From an uncultured Alphaproteobacteria bacterium (GTDB lineage Bacteria; Pseudomonadota; Alphaproteobacteria; Rhizobiales; Beijerinckiaceae): a stretch of 64,000 bases of DNA. The DNA lies in contig CAWDYM010000002.1 of assembly GCA_963806665.1 (NCBI GenBank), forward strand, positions 2,326-66,325. Direction: 5' to 3'. A program made the position numbers and the translations under genes. The notes under the pieces were generated by a model, which was given only the letters and a program-made list of their open reading frames with translations, was not told the origin of the DNA and did not search any database. Below, in pieces: positions 19,642 to 30,710 of the stretch. The number at the start of each line of letters is the position of its first letter. The stretch's first letter is position 1.

Positions 19642-22600
19642 CGGTCCAAGCCGGGCGAAATCTGCGACGTGACTGTCATACAAAATGGTGGAGCCGCAAC
19701 CCAGGGTCACGCCCTTGCCGACTTCGATTTTGCCGATTTTCATGAGCCGATCTTCATAGAGATGCGTTTGCAGCGCGCTCCCCATGTTGAGCGCGCAGTA
19801 GTCGCCCACCTTTATGCAGTCGAACTCGGTGATGTCGGTCATGTCCATAAAGACGCCTTCGCCAAAATCCGCGCCGAAGATTCGCAAAACCCAGGGCAGG
19901 AACGGCGTTCCTCGCAAATGCTCAAGCAGGACGTGCCCCGTCATCCCCCAGTACAGAACGGTGCTGGTTTCATTACGGATGGCCCAAAAAGACCACATCG
20001 GCCGCACCTGAGGCTTATAGCGGCCCATGGTCGCCCATTTCACGGCGGCGGCGACGAGCATGATCGCGACGGGGATCAACGTCGAGGCCAACACGAACCG
20101 ACCGAAGAAGGCGAGATAATCGCCCGCGATGAGGCTTTCGCCGAAGACTTCGACCGCCCATGTCCCGAACGTGATGTAGAGCATGGACGGCAAGGAGATG
20201 TTGAGCGCCTCATAAGCGGCTCGGCCCAGTTTTCTCAATCGCGTCGGCTTGAACGTCAGCGCGACATCGCTCGACCCCATTTTCTGTCGCACCGGCATGC
20301 GGATCGGAGGCGAGCCGAACCATGTCTCGCCGCTTTCGATTTTTTGTCCCGTAGGCGGCTTTGATTTGACGCCGATCAGCGCGTCGGAGGGAAGTTCGAT
20401 CCCCGGCGGCACGACGGCGTCATTGCCGATAAAAACCCGATCGCCCGTCTTGACGGGCTTCAAATGCATCCAGCCTCTTCGGATGTCTTCATCGCCAATC
20501 GCGACTTCGTCCGCAACGAAGCAATTCTCGCCAATCGAAATGATGTCATACCGACCGGCGATGTTGGTCGCAATTTCCGAACCGGTGCCGATGCGGGCGC
20601 CCATCAGCCGATACCAGGTTCGCATGTAAAGGGTGGCGTAAAGAGAAGACAGCGTTTCAAGCGCGACTTCGGTCGCCAGGGACACAGCCCAGCGACGAAC
20701 GTAGAACGACGACCAGACAGAGTAGGTCCCCGCCTCGGCCCGAGGCAACAGAAGCCAACGGAACGCGACGACCAGAGCGATGGTGGTCAACACCAGGACG
20801 AAAGCAGTCGGCCACGCGAGCAACGGTATCGCGGCGAGATAGTAATGGTATTGCAACTCCGAGAATTTCATGGCCGCTTCGATTCGATCGAAGGCCCAGA
20901 ATGCAGGGAAAATCGGCAGGAGCCCGAGCACGGGGAGAACCAGCACAGCGGACACAGACGCGAGAAACACGGCGGTCCGTCTGAGAATGCTCGCCTGCGC
21001 GGGCGCATCGAGCGAGCTTGTGTCGACCTCTCCGACGTGCTGGCCGGGTGTGCCATCCCAGATTTCGTTGGGGCCGATCTGCGATCCGCTCGGGAGAGAC
21101 GTCAGATCCTCCAGCGTGGCTCCGTCGCCGATTGCGACGTTTTCCTCGATTACGCAGCCTGTGCCGATGTAAGCGTCTTTTCCGATCTCGACGGCGCCGA
21201 TGACCAGCTCATTTCCCTCGACCCGGGCGTTGGCGATTCTGAGCTTGGAGCCAAGTGAAGCGCCTGAACCGATCGAGAGGAGGTCTATCGCGCCTATTTC
21301 GATGTCGCTGATCTGCACATCTCGGCCGATCCTCGCGCCGATTGCGGAGAGGTAAAGGGGCATCAGCGGGGAGTTCTGCAGAAGGCGGGCGTTCGTGAGC
21401 CCCAGCAGACGCTGCGAAAGCCACCATCGGAAGAAATAGACGCCCCACAAGGGGTAGCGACCGGGTTTGGTTCGCCCAATGACAAGCCACTTTCCTGCGA
21501 TGGAGAGCGCCAGCGTCGCCATGGTGATGGCGATTATGATGCCGAACAAGCTCGTCGCTTCTTCGAGAAAGCTCGCATTGACCGGGGTGATGAGAATATA
21601 CGACACGAATATCGCGAGCCACTGCGCCGTTGAAACGGACAGCAGGACCGGCAGAATTGAGAGTTGCGCCAAACCGCAGAGAATGCGCTTGCGAAGAGGC
21701 GGAGGCTGGAATTCCAGATCTCCCGACGGCTTCGCCGCCTTCTGGTTCAACCGATCGGCAAGATTGCGCAGCGTGCGACAGGCATACAAATCCTGCAGCG
21801 TGATCGACGCGAGATCGGGCGTTTCGCGGACGAGGGAGACAAACCGGGCCGCAAGGAGCGAATGTCCGCCCAGTTCAGTGAAAAAATCCGCGTCGAACGG
21901 AACAACCGAGATCGAGAGCGCTTGCCTTGCGGCGTTCAGGAGATTCGCTTCGACGTCGTTACGCGGTTCATCCTGCTCCTCGTCATCACTGTCCGGCGGT
22001 CGCGACAGGGGCATGGCCCTGAGAAATCTTGCGGTCGACTTTCCCCGAAGTCAGCGTCGGCAGCGCGGAAACTAACTGAAATCTCGAAGGCGCCATGTAA
22101 GAGGGCAGGGTTTTCCTGAGTTCGAACCGCAAGTCTCGTTCGCCCGGCAGGGGCCCGTCAGCCACGATGAACGCCACCAGCTGGTCGAGACCCCCGTCGG
22201 TGCGCAAAACGACTGCCGCCTGCCTCACATTGGGCAGAGAATGGAGAACCGCTTCGATCTCCCCGAGCTCCACCCGGAAGCCGCGAATCTTGACCTGATC
22301 GTCAACGCGTCCCCTGAAGACGAGGTCGCCACATTCGTTGACCACGACGGCGTCGCCCGATCGATAGAGGATCGGATCGGCGCCGGTTCCGCCGAACGGG
22401 TTCCTGATGAACTTCTCGGCGGTGAGAATTTCGCGCTTCAGGTAGCCCTTCGCTACGCCGGGCCCGCCGATCAGAAGCTCGCCTTCTTGACCAAGTGGAA
22501 GAAGCTCAAGCGCCTCGTTGACGACATAACAGGAATAATTCGGGATTGGCCTGCCGATCGTCACGGTCTCGCCCGATCTGACCGTGGCGATCGTCGCCAC

Positions 22601-23692
22601 CACTGTCGCTTCGGTCGGCCCATAGCTGTTGAAGATGATGCGATCGTCGCGACACCAGCGTTCGGCGACGCTCGAAGGGCAGGCCTCGCCGCCAAGGATG
22701 ATGATGCGCAGCGTCGCGACGTCGCGTGGCAGCGCATTCAGCAGCGTCGGAACCGTATCGAGGACCGTTACGGCGGCTCGCTCCAGAACATCTGGCAAGG
22801 CTTCCGTGTCGGCCAGCATCTCGGCGGTGGCGACAAACAGCGTGGCTCCGGAAAGGTAGGCGACCCAGATCTCTTCCATCGAAAGATCGAAAGCCAGGGA
22901 CGCGCCTTGGAAAATCACGTCGGCGGCGGAGAGCTGATATATTTCGTTGGCGGCGCGCAGATAGTGACAAATATTCCGGCCGGTAATGATGGTTCCCTTA
23001 GGCTTGCCGGTCGAGCCGGACGTATAAATGATATAGGCGGGATCATCTGGCGACGCGCCTAATTCTCTTGCGGTCGGAAGCGTGTCTTCGCCCTCGACGC
23101 TTGCGTCGGACGTCGTGATGACGCGCAGCTCAAGGCCTGACGCTTTGGGCGAAAACGCCTCGGAAGTAAGTAGGTAACGCGCTTCCGCGTCGACAAGACA
23201 AGTCGCGATGCGGTCGATGGGCGCTTCGGCGTCGAAGGGCAGCCACGCGGCGCCGGTTTTCGCAATTGCAAGTTGGGCGATCAAGAGATCGAACCCTCGA
23301 GCCATCCACAGACCAACCACATCGCCAGGAGCGACGCCGCAAGCCAGCAAGCCTCTCTTGAGAGTCTCCGAGCGGGCGTCGAGGTCCCGATAAGTCATGG
23401 AATGAGTAGCGCTCTTCAAGGCCAGAGCGTCAGGATTGCGTCTCACGCTCGCGGCGAATATCTCGCAGAGCAATTCCTCCCGGATGCTGTCTTCGAATTT
23501 GTTTCCATAAAGAACAGAAGAATCCTGGACCTCTCGATCCAAAATCCCGATCGTGGCGGTCTGAAAGACGACGGGCCGATCATTCATGCTGTGCGGCGCC
23601 TGAGGTTCAAGGTGAGATTGCGGTGGATTTTCGACGTGCGTTACGGGCATGTGGGCGGTATCATTCCAATCTGCGGCGAGCGAGGTCGTCAT
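19564..23692 (-). pseudogene. Pls/PosA-family single-module NRPS (A domain, PCP, three TM-flanked hexapeptide-repeat domains), frame broken by one extra base
   Basis: ORF 21986-23692 carries adenylation cores (YIIYTSGSTGKPKG, NSYGPTEATV, YRSGD, GRVDDQVKIRGFRVELGEIE, GKVDRK). The +1 frame (ORF 19564-22014) carries the PCP (FFTELGGHSLLAARF). It then has three blocks of two TM helices followed by a left-handed beta-helix repeat (GARIGRDVQISD..., GARIGTGSEIAT..., GADFGEGVFMDM...). No HHxxxDG condensation motif or GxSxG thioesterase motif. The junction is at 22024-22027. The reconstructed length is about 1375 aa. Confidence 0.85.
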
Positions 23693-23747
23693 GAGGCTAC
23701 TTTCAAAGTCCGATCCATCAGAAAATCACGGCCGTTTTTCAGGCCGG

Positions 23748-24167
23748 ATGTGGCGATGGAAAGAGTGCTCCCCAAAAGCGCGCTTGGCGCCGATCCTACT
23801 TGTCCTGCATATGTATCCGACCGTTTCATTTGCGCAGGTTGCGCCCCCCAAGCCGACCGGTCCGGAGGGAGGCCCGCAACTCACGGAGCTTCATTCGGCC
23901 ACTCCGCCGCTTACAAAATTTGAAGCGCGGCGCATTCGTCACCGGTGCCAGGATCAGGCTGGCGGGTCATCCTCGAACAGAGACGTCCACCTACGTCATT
24001 GCTTCGAAATGCATGTCGCCGCGCGCCGCCTTTGGAGCCAGTGCAAGCACAAATTCGCGACGGTCAATCTGCATGGACGGGAAAAAGACGAAGCAATCAG
24101 GCGCTGTGTGCTGGAGGCGTTAGACAGCAGCAAAAAAGGTCAACCGATCGAACCTCCGCGCCGTTGA
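23748..24167 (+). CDS. Hypothetical small exported protein
   Basis: Signal-like N-terminus (ARLAPILLVLHMYPTVSFAQ) and 4 Cys in the mature part. It sits in a visibly AT-richer stretch. I recognise no family. Confidence 0.3.
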   Translation: MWRWKECSPKARLAPILLVLHMYPTVSFAQVAPPKPTGPEGGPQLTELHSATPPLTKFEARRIRHRCQDQAGGSSSNRDVHLRHCFEMHVAARRLWSQCKHKFATVNLHGREKDEAIRRCVLEALDSSKKGQPIEPPRR

Positions 24168-24591
24168 GCGCCGGAGACGCACTGCCCGCCTCAAGATGCA
24201 GCACAAGGCCGGAAAAACATTTTCTGATTCGTATGCACGGCGTTTCTGAATTATTTCCACCGCGCGATTAGCGCGGACTTGACGGAAATGGGCGCCACTC
24301 GCGTCGACAAAGCCTTCTGTATATCGGCGTGTCGCTCGAAGTTGGACGAAACGTAAGAGCGGTATGGGGTGTGTTCAAGCCGGCGCTGTAGTCAAAAACA
24401 ACGCTTCTCACTCAAGGCGTGGCTCGCTCGACCCGACGCACGTGCTGGCATTCAGACTAGAGGAATTGCAGGCGAAGTCTGGTTCCGGGATCGCAGAACG
24501 AATGGCGCGCTCGTCACCGGCAGATGCGTATCGCAGGGCGGCAACTTTTCTCCCGCCCCGACGGATCGCCAGGCGGCATACAGAGCTGCTT

Positions 24592-24604
24592 GCTTATTAT
24601 AAGC
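24592..24604 (+). promoter_or_regulatory. Candidate MarR/EmrR operator
   Basis: 13-bp palindrome GCTTAT-T-ATAAGC, 34 nt upstream of the TTG start of the MarR gene. It lies in an AT-rich stretch that could also hold the -10 element. Confidence 0.3.
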
Positions 24605-24637
24605 TGGCATACTATCTCGGGGACTAAGGAGATTCCC

Positions 24638-25105
24638 TTGCCGACCAGATCCGACAGGCGCGAATTGGCGTTCACCCTCAACGACGTCGCTCGACTGCTG
24701 CGGACCTGCGCCGATCAGAAGGCGGCCGAGTTCGGCATGAGCCGCGCCAAATGGGCTGTGCTCGCCCGCCTCGATCGCTTCGAGGGTCTGAAGCAGGCCG
24801 AACTCGCCGACATGCTCGACCTTCAGCCGATAACCCTGACCCGCCTTCTCGACGGCCTGTGCGAAAGCGGGTTGATTGAGCGCCGCCCGGACCCGGACGA
24901 TCGCCGTGCGAAGCGGCTGTTTCTCACGCCCGCGGCGCGCCCGCTGCTCGAGCGCCTGAGCGTCCTTGGCGGCGAACTGATGGACAAGGCGCTTGAGGGA
25001 TTGGACGCCTCCCGCGTCGCGGCTTTGCTGACGGATCTCTCGGTCATCAAGGAGAATCTGCGCCGGTCCGCGCAGCGGCGGGAGGCGGCGCAACGCCATG
25101 GCTGA
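24638..25105 (+). CDS. MarR-family transcriptional regulator (EmrR-like)
   Basis: Winged-helix core LARLDRFEGLKQAELADMLDLQPITLTRLLDGLCESGLIERRPDPDDRRAKRLFLT. TTG start at 24638 with AAGGAG at 24626-24631. The ORF track starts upstream at 24524. Confidence 0.85.
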   Translation: MPTRSDRRELAFTLNDVARLLRTCADQKAAEFGMSRAKWAVLARLDRFEGLKQAELADMLDLQPITLTRLLDGLCESGLIERRPDPDDRRAKRLFLTPAARPLLERLSVLGGELMDKALEGLDASRVAALLTDLSVIKENLRRSAQRREAAQRHG

Positions 25106-26234
25106 CGCAAGCGCGGCTTCTTCGGGCCAGAACGCGAAACGTATCTCCGCTACCGCGAGACCGGCAGCGACCGCCCGCCGGAATTTGCGTCTCTTCCTCA
25201 TCGCCGGCGCGCCGGCGATCGCTTTGCTCGCCGGCCTTGCGTTCTATCTCTCCGGCGGACGATACGTCTCGACCGACAACGCCTATATCGGCGCCCAGAA
25301 GGTGCTGATCACCCCGGACATTTCTGGAAGGGTAAGCCGTGTCCTCATTCGCGAGGGGCGGCATGTGGCTGCGGGAGACGAACTCTTCGACATCGACCCG
25401 GCTCCGTTCGAATTCGCGCTGCGGCAAGCGCAAAGCCGGCTGGATACGGTTCGCGCCGACTTCGCCAATCTCAAGTCCAATTACAGATCGTTGAAGCGCC
25501 TGATCGAACTTGGCGAGCAGACGATCGGCGTCAAGAAGCGCATGTTCGACCGCAAGGCGGCGCTCGCTTCCCGCCAGTTCAGCACGCAGAACGATGTGGA
25601 CAACGCCAGCGCGGCGCTGCTGACGGCGGAATTGCAGTTGCAGCCGATGCGCCAGCAACTCGCCGCTACCCTCAATCAGTTGCAGGGCGATCCGGACCTC
25701 GCGATTGACGACTATCCGCAGTATCGCGAGGCAAAGGCCGCCCTGGATCAGGCCCGGCGCGATCTGGATCATACGGTGATCAAGGCGCCGATCGCGGGAG
25801 TCGCCACGCAGGTCGACAATATCCAGTTGGGGCGTTTCGTCACCGCGGGCGCTCCCATTTTCAGCGTGATCGACGACGCGGCGCCTTGGGTCGACGCCAA
25901 TCCCAAGGAGACGGACATCACGCATCTGCGCGTCGGGCAGGAGGTCGCGATTGATGTCGACACTTTCCCCGGCCGCCCGTTCCAGGGTCATGTCGCCTCT
26001 ATCGGGCCGGGCACGGGCGCCCAGTTCGCCATCCTGCCGCCGCAGAACGCCAATGGCAATTGGGTGAAGGTCGCGCAGCGCGTTCCGGTCCGCATTGCCT
26101 TCGACCCGGGGCAGAAGCTCTCCGCCTTGCGCGCGGGGATGAGCGTCACGGTGGAGATTGACACGCGCCGGCGGCGCGGGTTCGCCGCGCTCTTTGGCGC
26201 CGGAGAGAGCCTCGCCGACGAAGACCGCAAATGA
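25098..26234 (+). CDS. emrA: HlyD/EmrA-family membrane fusion protein
   Basis: 378 aa with an N-terminal TM. Motifs: YVSTDNAYIGAQKVLITPDISGRV, a long coiled coil, IKAPIAGVATQVDNIQLG, NWVKVAQRVPVRI. Overlaps both the MarR stop and the emrB start. Confidence 0.9.
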   Translation: MADASAASSGQNAKRISATARPAATARRNLRLFLIAGAPAIALLAGLAFYLSGGRYVSTDNAYIGAQKVLITPDISGRVSRVLIREGRHVAAGDELFDIDPAPFEFALRQAQSRLDTVRADFANLKSNYRSLKRLIELGEQTIGVKKRMFDRKAALASRQFSTQNDVDNASAALLTAELQLQPMRQQLAATLNQLQGDPDLAIDDYPQYREAKAALDQARRDLDHTVIKAPIAGVATQVDNIQLGRFVTAGAPIFSVIDDAAPWVDANPKETDITHLRVGQEVAIDVDTFPGRPFQGHVASIGPGTGAQFAILPPQNANGNWVKVAQRVPVRIAFDPGQKLSALRAGMSVTVEIDTRRRRGFAALFGAGESLADEDRK

Positions 26235-27755
26235 CGGCTTCGCGGCCGGGCGCCGGCCGGGCCATGGTGACGATCTGCGCGATGAGCGCCACGATCATGC
26301 AGGCGCTCGATACGACGATCGCAAATGTCGCTCTGCCGCATATGCAGGGGAGCCTCTCGGCCTCTCTCGATCAGATCAACTGGGTCCTGACCTCCTACAT
26401 CGTCGCCGCGGCGATCATGACGGCGCCGATCGGCTGGGTATCGGAAAGATTCGGCCGCAAGCGCCTCTTCGTCATCTGCGTCGCCGGCTTCACCATCGCC
26501 TCCGTCTTTTGCGGCTTCGCGCGGAACATCGAGCAGATGGTCCTCTTCCGTCTCTTGCAGGGCGCTTTCGGCGCCGCGCTGGTGCCCTTGTCTCAGGCGG
26601 TGATGCTCGACTCCTATGAAGCGCATGAGCGCGGTTCGGCCATGGCGATCTGGGGCGTCGGCGTCATGCTTGGGCCGATCATGGGGCCGACCCTCGGCGC
26701 GTGGCTCACCGACAATTACAGCTGGCGCTGGGTCTTTTTCATCAATCTGCCAATCGGCGTGCTCACGGTTGCGGGCCTCCTCGCCTTCATGCAGGAAACC
26801 GCCTTCAACCGCGGTCGTCGGTTCGACTGGTTCGGCTTCGCTGCGCTTGCCCTCGGCATCGGCGCGTTTCAGGTGATGCTGGACCGGGGAGAACAGGCGG
26901 GCTGGTTCGAACTCCCGCGAGATCGTCGGGGAGGGGATCGTCTCGGCGATCGGGTTCTATTTCTTTCTCGCCCATTCGGCGACGACGTCGAACCCATTCC
27001 TTCGGCTGGACTTGTTCCGGGACCGGAATTTTGTCGCGGGCTGCCTGTTTATGCTCGTCATCGGCGTCGTGCTGTTCGCCACCATGGCGCTGGTGACGCC
27101 CTACATGCAGAATGTCGTCGGCTATCCCATCCTGACCGCCGGCTTCCTGCTCGCCAGCCGCGGCGGCGGCACGCTCGTCGCCATGATTCTGGTCGGGCGT
27201 CTCCTCAAGATCATCGAGGCGCGGTATCTTGTTCTCGCCGGTCTCTCGCTCGCCGCGCTGACGCTGTATCAGATGGCGGCGTTCACCGATCTGACGTCGT
27301 CGGGAACGATCGTCGTCGCGAGCGTCCTTCAGGGTTTTGGCCTCGGTCTCGTTTTCGTGCCGCTCAACACGGTGGCCTTCGCGACCCTGCCGATCGCGCT
27401 CAGAACCGAAGGGACCGCAATGCTGACCCTCCTGAGAAACATCGGAAGTTCGGTCGGCATTTCCCTTGTCATCGCGCGCCTCACGGAAGGAACGATCGAG
27501 GCGCATGCGCGGCTCGTCGAATTGGTCACGCCTTTCAGCGGCCCGCTGGCGAGTGCGCCGGCGCCGCTCGACGCGACGACCGAGCAGGGCCGCGTTTTGC
27601 TGGAGGCGCTCGTTTCGCAGCAAGCCGCCGTCATCGCCTACGGTGAAGACTTCAAAGGCCTCTTGTTTCTCGTCATCGCCGCGCTTCCGCTGGTTTTCAT
27701 CATCGGTTCGTCCCGCATCCCGCAAACCGCTCCCGGCGACGTCGTCATCGATTGA
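26231..27755 (+). pseudogene. emrB: DHA2 (EmrB/QacA) 14-TM MFS drug exporter, frame broken by one extra base
   Basis: ORF 26231-27646 is good up to ...LDRGEQAGWF. The +1 frame continues NSREIVGEGIVSAIGFYFFLAHSATTSNPFLRLDLFRDRNFVAG... (ORF 27012-27755). The extra base is at about 26909. Motifs: MQALDTTIANVALP, WVSERFGRKRLF. Confidence 0.85.
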
Positions 27756-27801
27756 ACGGCGAAGGCGGAGGAAATGCATTTCAGGACCAATGGAGGATGA
27801 G

Positions 27802-28173
27802 ATGAAAAGCGCATCGAGCCGATTTGCATCGCGCGTCTGTTCATTCGTTATCGCCATCAGCGCAACGCAGGCTTGTGCGGGCCAAAGCGCTTACTGCGGC
27901 CGTATCCTGTGCGCCGAGGCGGTCAATGGATGCGAGGTTGCGGATGGAAAGAACAATCCGGTCGTCATGATCTGGGGCCGTGAACTGGCGCCGTCAAAAA
28001 TGCCAGGAGCGTTGGGCAACGCCATCCGGAATATGGACAGCAAATGCGGTTGCGTCGTCGGAACGATTGCTCGGCAAAAAGCCCCGCATGGCGGCAATTT
28101 TTCTTGGTTCGCGAGCGTTTCGGCCGCCTACGGAGTTGACGACGTCAAATGCAGGCAAGAAGGACTGAAATAA
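27802..28173 (+). CDS. Hypothetical Cys-rich exported protein
   Basis: 123 aa. Signal peptide MKSASSRFASRVCSFVIAISATQACA, GGAGGA RBS at 27792-27797, and 7 Cys in the mature part. An alternative ATG lies at 27790. Confidence 0.45.
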   Translation: MKSASSRFASRVCSFVIAISATQACAGQSAYCGRILCAEAVNGCEVADGKNNPVVMIWGRELAPSKMPGALGNAIRNMDSKCGCVVGTIARQKAPHGGNFSWFASVSAAYGVDDVKCRQEGLK

Positions 28174-28193
28174 CTCTCAACGGCAGGCGCCGT

Positions 28194-29027
28194 TCAGGCC
28201 GGATGCGCGCCTGTGTGGATGATCGTCCCGACATGCTCGCCGCGCAGCGCCGCCGTGAGGCGGCCCGGCGCGAGCCCGTTCACAATTTGCACGCGCTCGA
28301 TATGGCGTGCGGTCGCCATCACTTCGAGTAGCGCATGGTCTAATGGCAACGGGCCTTCGAGCTTTGCAAGATCGACGGCGCGCGCCTCCCGAAGCAATTG
28401 CGCCTGCTTCCCGTCGGGACCATTGGGATCGCTCGTGTAAATCCCGTCCACGTCCTCGACGATCGTCAAGCCCGCCGCGCCAAGCGCATCGGCGACCAGA
28501 AACGCGCCCGTGTCGGCCCGATGAGGCGGGATGCGCGAGGTGGGAAATTCATGGTGGTGATACGGCGGGAACGCGCTCCCGACCACCGCGCGGGCCGCGG
28601 TGAGATGAACCGCAAGCTGGTTTGCGATCGTAGGGTGCTCGACATAGGAAACGCCATCGGGGGCGAGGAGCGATGCGAGGATGTGGCCATTCTGGCCCGC
28701 CTCGCTCGCGGCGAGTGGGGCGAGCGATCCCACCGGCAGCCCTAGGTCGAGACCGACGCCATAAAGATGGCGGGCGCGCACGCCCGCGCCCGTCAATATG
28801 AGCATACGGTGCTCGGGCAGAAGCTTGCGGATCTCGTCCACGATCGGGAGGATCGCTTCCGCGCCGCGATCCATGATGGAGCGGCCGCCGATCTTCACGA
28901 CCTGCAGCCAGGGGAGAAGCCGGATCGGGCGTCTTCCCGCGACTTGGCGGGTGAGGTCTCGGTCGAGGAGGGTTTGGCGCGCGAGCGGCGAAGCGACGTG
29001 CTTGATCCTGTTGTTGGTGTCGGTCAT
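28194..29027 (-). CDS. mosA: Molybdenum storage protein (MoSto) alpha subunit, amino-acid-kinase fold
   Basis: 277 aa, nearly colinear with my recollection of Azotobacter vinelandii MosA: [91 protein letters not shown]. Confidence 0.9.
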   Translation of the reverse strand: MTDTNNRIKHVASPLARQTLLDRDLTRQVAGRRPIRLLPWLQVVKIGGRSIMDRGAEAILPIVDEIRKLLPEHRMLILTGAGVRARHLYGVGLDLGLPVGSLAPLAASEAGQNGHILASLLAPDGVSYVEHPTIANQLAVHLTAARAVVGSAFPPYHHHEFPTSRIPPHRADTGAFLVADALGAAGLTIVEDVDGIYTSDPNGPDGKQAQLLREARAVDLAKLEGPLPLDHALLEVMATARHIERVQIVNGLAPGRLTAALRGEHVGTIIHTGAHPA

Positions 29028-29040
29028 GGCCGTGATTTCT

Positions 29041-29853
29041 CTAGCTCGCGGTGATTATGGTGCCGACATGTTCGCCGGCGACGGCGCGGGTCAGATTGCC
29101 GGGGATGAGGCCGTTCACGACCTGCACTTCGCGAATGTGGCGCGCGGCCTTGAGCAGGTCGAGCAATGGGAATTCGACAATCGAATCGTGCAGCCCCCGC
29201 GCCTTCACCTCGTCGACCGAGATTTTGGGGATGAAGGTCGCGCCCTTCGACGTCTTCGGGTTCTCGGTGTAAAGGCCATTCTCGTCCTTCACATAGATCA
29301 TCGCCTTGCAGCCGAACTGCTCCGCCATGAGGAAGCATCCGGCGTCAGTGCGGTAGGGCGGTATCACGCCCTCGGCGGCGGGACGCATCCAGAGATTGTA
29401 GGGGGGCATGCCGCTGAAGACGACGGCGTTCACTTCGGCGAGATAGAGCGGCACCGCCGAAAGCCCTGCGCCATCGACCGCTGAAATGCCGTGCTTCGCC
29501 AGGAGTTGCCCCAGCATCGCCGCGTTCTGATCGGCGACCGAGGCGCCGAGCTGCGAAAGCACGCCCGCCGGCAGGCCAAGCCCCGCCGCAATCGAGTAGA
29601 GATGCCGGGCCCTTGTGCCCGCGCCTGTCCCGATCAGCAGCTTATGATTTTTCCGTGTGGCGACGATCTCGTCCACGAGCGGATAGAGCGCCGCGCGGCC
29701 GCGATCAATGATGCTTTGCCCGCCGATCTTGACGACTGTCGCCTCGGGCAGAATCCGGAAATCCGCAGCGGCTTCCGCCGCGGCCAGAAGCTGCGGATCG
29801 GTCAATGATCGCTGCATGAGGAGCGCTTCCAGCTCCGCAGTCGTGCTCGCCAT
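29041..29853 (-). CDS. mosB: Molybdenum storage protein (MoSto) beta subunit
   Basis: Colinear with my recollection of A. vinelandii MosB: [87 protein letters not shown], ending [20 protein letters not shown] at 29853; the ORF track starts at 29898. Confidence 0.9.
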   Translation of the reverse strand: MASTTAELEALLMQRSLTDPQLLAAAEAAADFRILPEATVVKIGGQSIIDRGRAALYPLVDEIVATRKNHKLLIGTGAGTRARHLYSIAAGLGLPAGVLSQLGASVADQNAAMLGQLLAKHGISAVDGAGLSAVPLYLAEVNAVVFSGMPPYNLWMRPAAEGVIPPYRTDAGCFLMAEQFGCKAMIYVKDENGLYTENPKTSKGATFIPKISVDEVKARGLHDSIVEFPLLDLLKAARHIREVQVVNGLIPGNLTRAVAGEHVGTIITAS

Positions 29854-30317
29854 CGGTCGCCCCTCGCATTCCTTCGGATCTGTTTTCATCCAAGTCACTC
29901 GATAGAAGCGACGCTACTACTTTGCAATATGTGAAAGCTTCGCCTTTTTTCCAAGCAAAGGGAAAAATAACAGAAAATGCACAGCGGCGGTAATCGCGAC
30001 CAAATTCTGCGTGGGATCGTGCCGATGCTTCGACGTATCGACCACCTCTGGGCTGGAAAACTCTGCCGGCCTTCATGAAATCCCCGGGGACTTCTTTCCG
30101 GTCGCCGGGGCGCGCGACCATTGCCTTGATTTCGCGGCGCCGAGCAGTCGCTTCCAAGGAAACGACGTTTTCATGATCGGCGTGCGTGAACGCTGTTTAA
30201 GATGTTGAAAATGAATGAATATTAGCCTGTGTTGGCGCGCAATGGACACAATTGAAGCGTGACCTGATCGGCGTACGTCTACGAATGTGTTGGGCGTTCA
30301 TCGAGAGAGGCCAACTG

Positions 30318-30566
30318 ATGTCGAATGCAACGGAAACCACCTTCGATGCGATCCAGGCTCTGAGAATTCTCATCAAACTTGAAGAGACGCCGGACGCGGA
30401 TACGACCTACATCCGCGAACTCGTCGTCGCCGATGTGAAACGGCGCCTCCAGTCCGCCGCAGCAGAGGCGGCGGCTGACGATCCGGCCGAGGCGCCCGAA
30501 GAATCGAGCGACGACGCATTGGAGGAAGAGGCGGAGGCCGCGCCGGAGAAAAAGACAAAAGCCTGA
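30318..30566 (+). CDS. Hypothetical small protein with a strongly acidic C-terminal tail
   Basis: 82 aa from the ATG at 30318 (GAGAGAGG upstream): MSNATETTFDAIQALRILIKLEE...AAADDPAEAPEESSDDALEEEAEAAPEKKTKA. No family recognised. Confidence 0.4.
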   Translation: MSNATETTFDAIQALRILIKLEETPDADTTYIRELVVADVKRRLQSAAAEAAADDPAEAPEESSDDALEEEAEAAPEKKTKA

Positions 30567-30576
30567 CGCGCGCCAA

Positions 30577-30599
30577 GGGCGGCGCGCTAAGCGCCGCCC
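30577..30599 (+). terminator. GC-rich hairpin after the small acidic ORF (possible U-tract-less terminator)
   Basis: Perfect 9-bp inverted repeat GGGCGGCGC (30577-30585) / GCGCCGCCC (30591-30599) with loop GCTAA. There is no T-tract. Confidence 0.3.
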
Positions 30600-30710
30600 G
30601 ACGTCGTCGCGAAAGAAATGCGGCGCGTTAGATTGGGCCTTGAGAGGTATGCTACTGCAGGTTTCAGCGGGTCGGTCAAGCTTGCCCTAAGCACAGCCAT
30701 GGGGTCTATT

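Noticed and set aside
29985-30005. Sigma-54-like GGCACG...GC element upstream of mosB, read on the minus strand as GGCACGATCCCACGC.
   Set aside because: The GG to GC spacing is one nucleotide too long, and the -12 element lacks the TTGC context.
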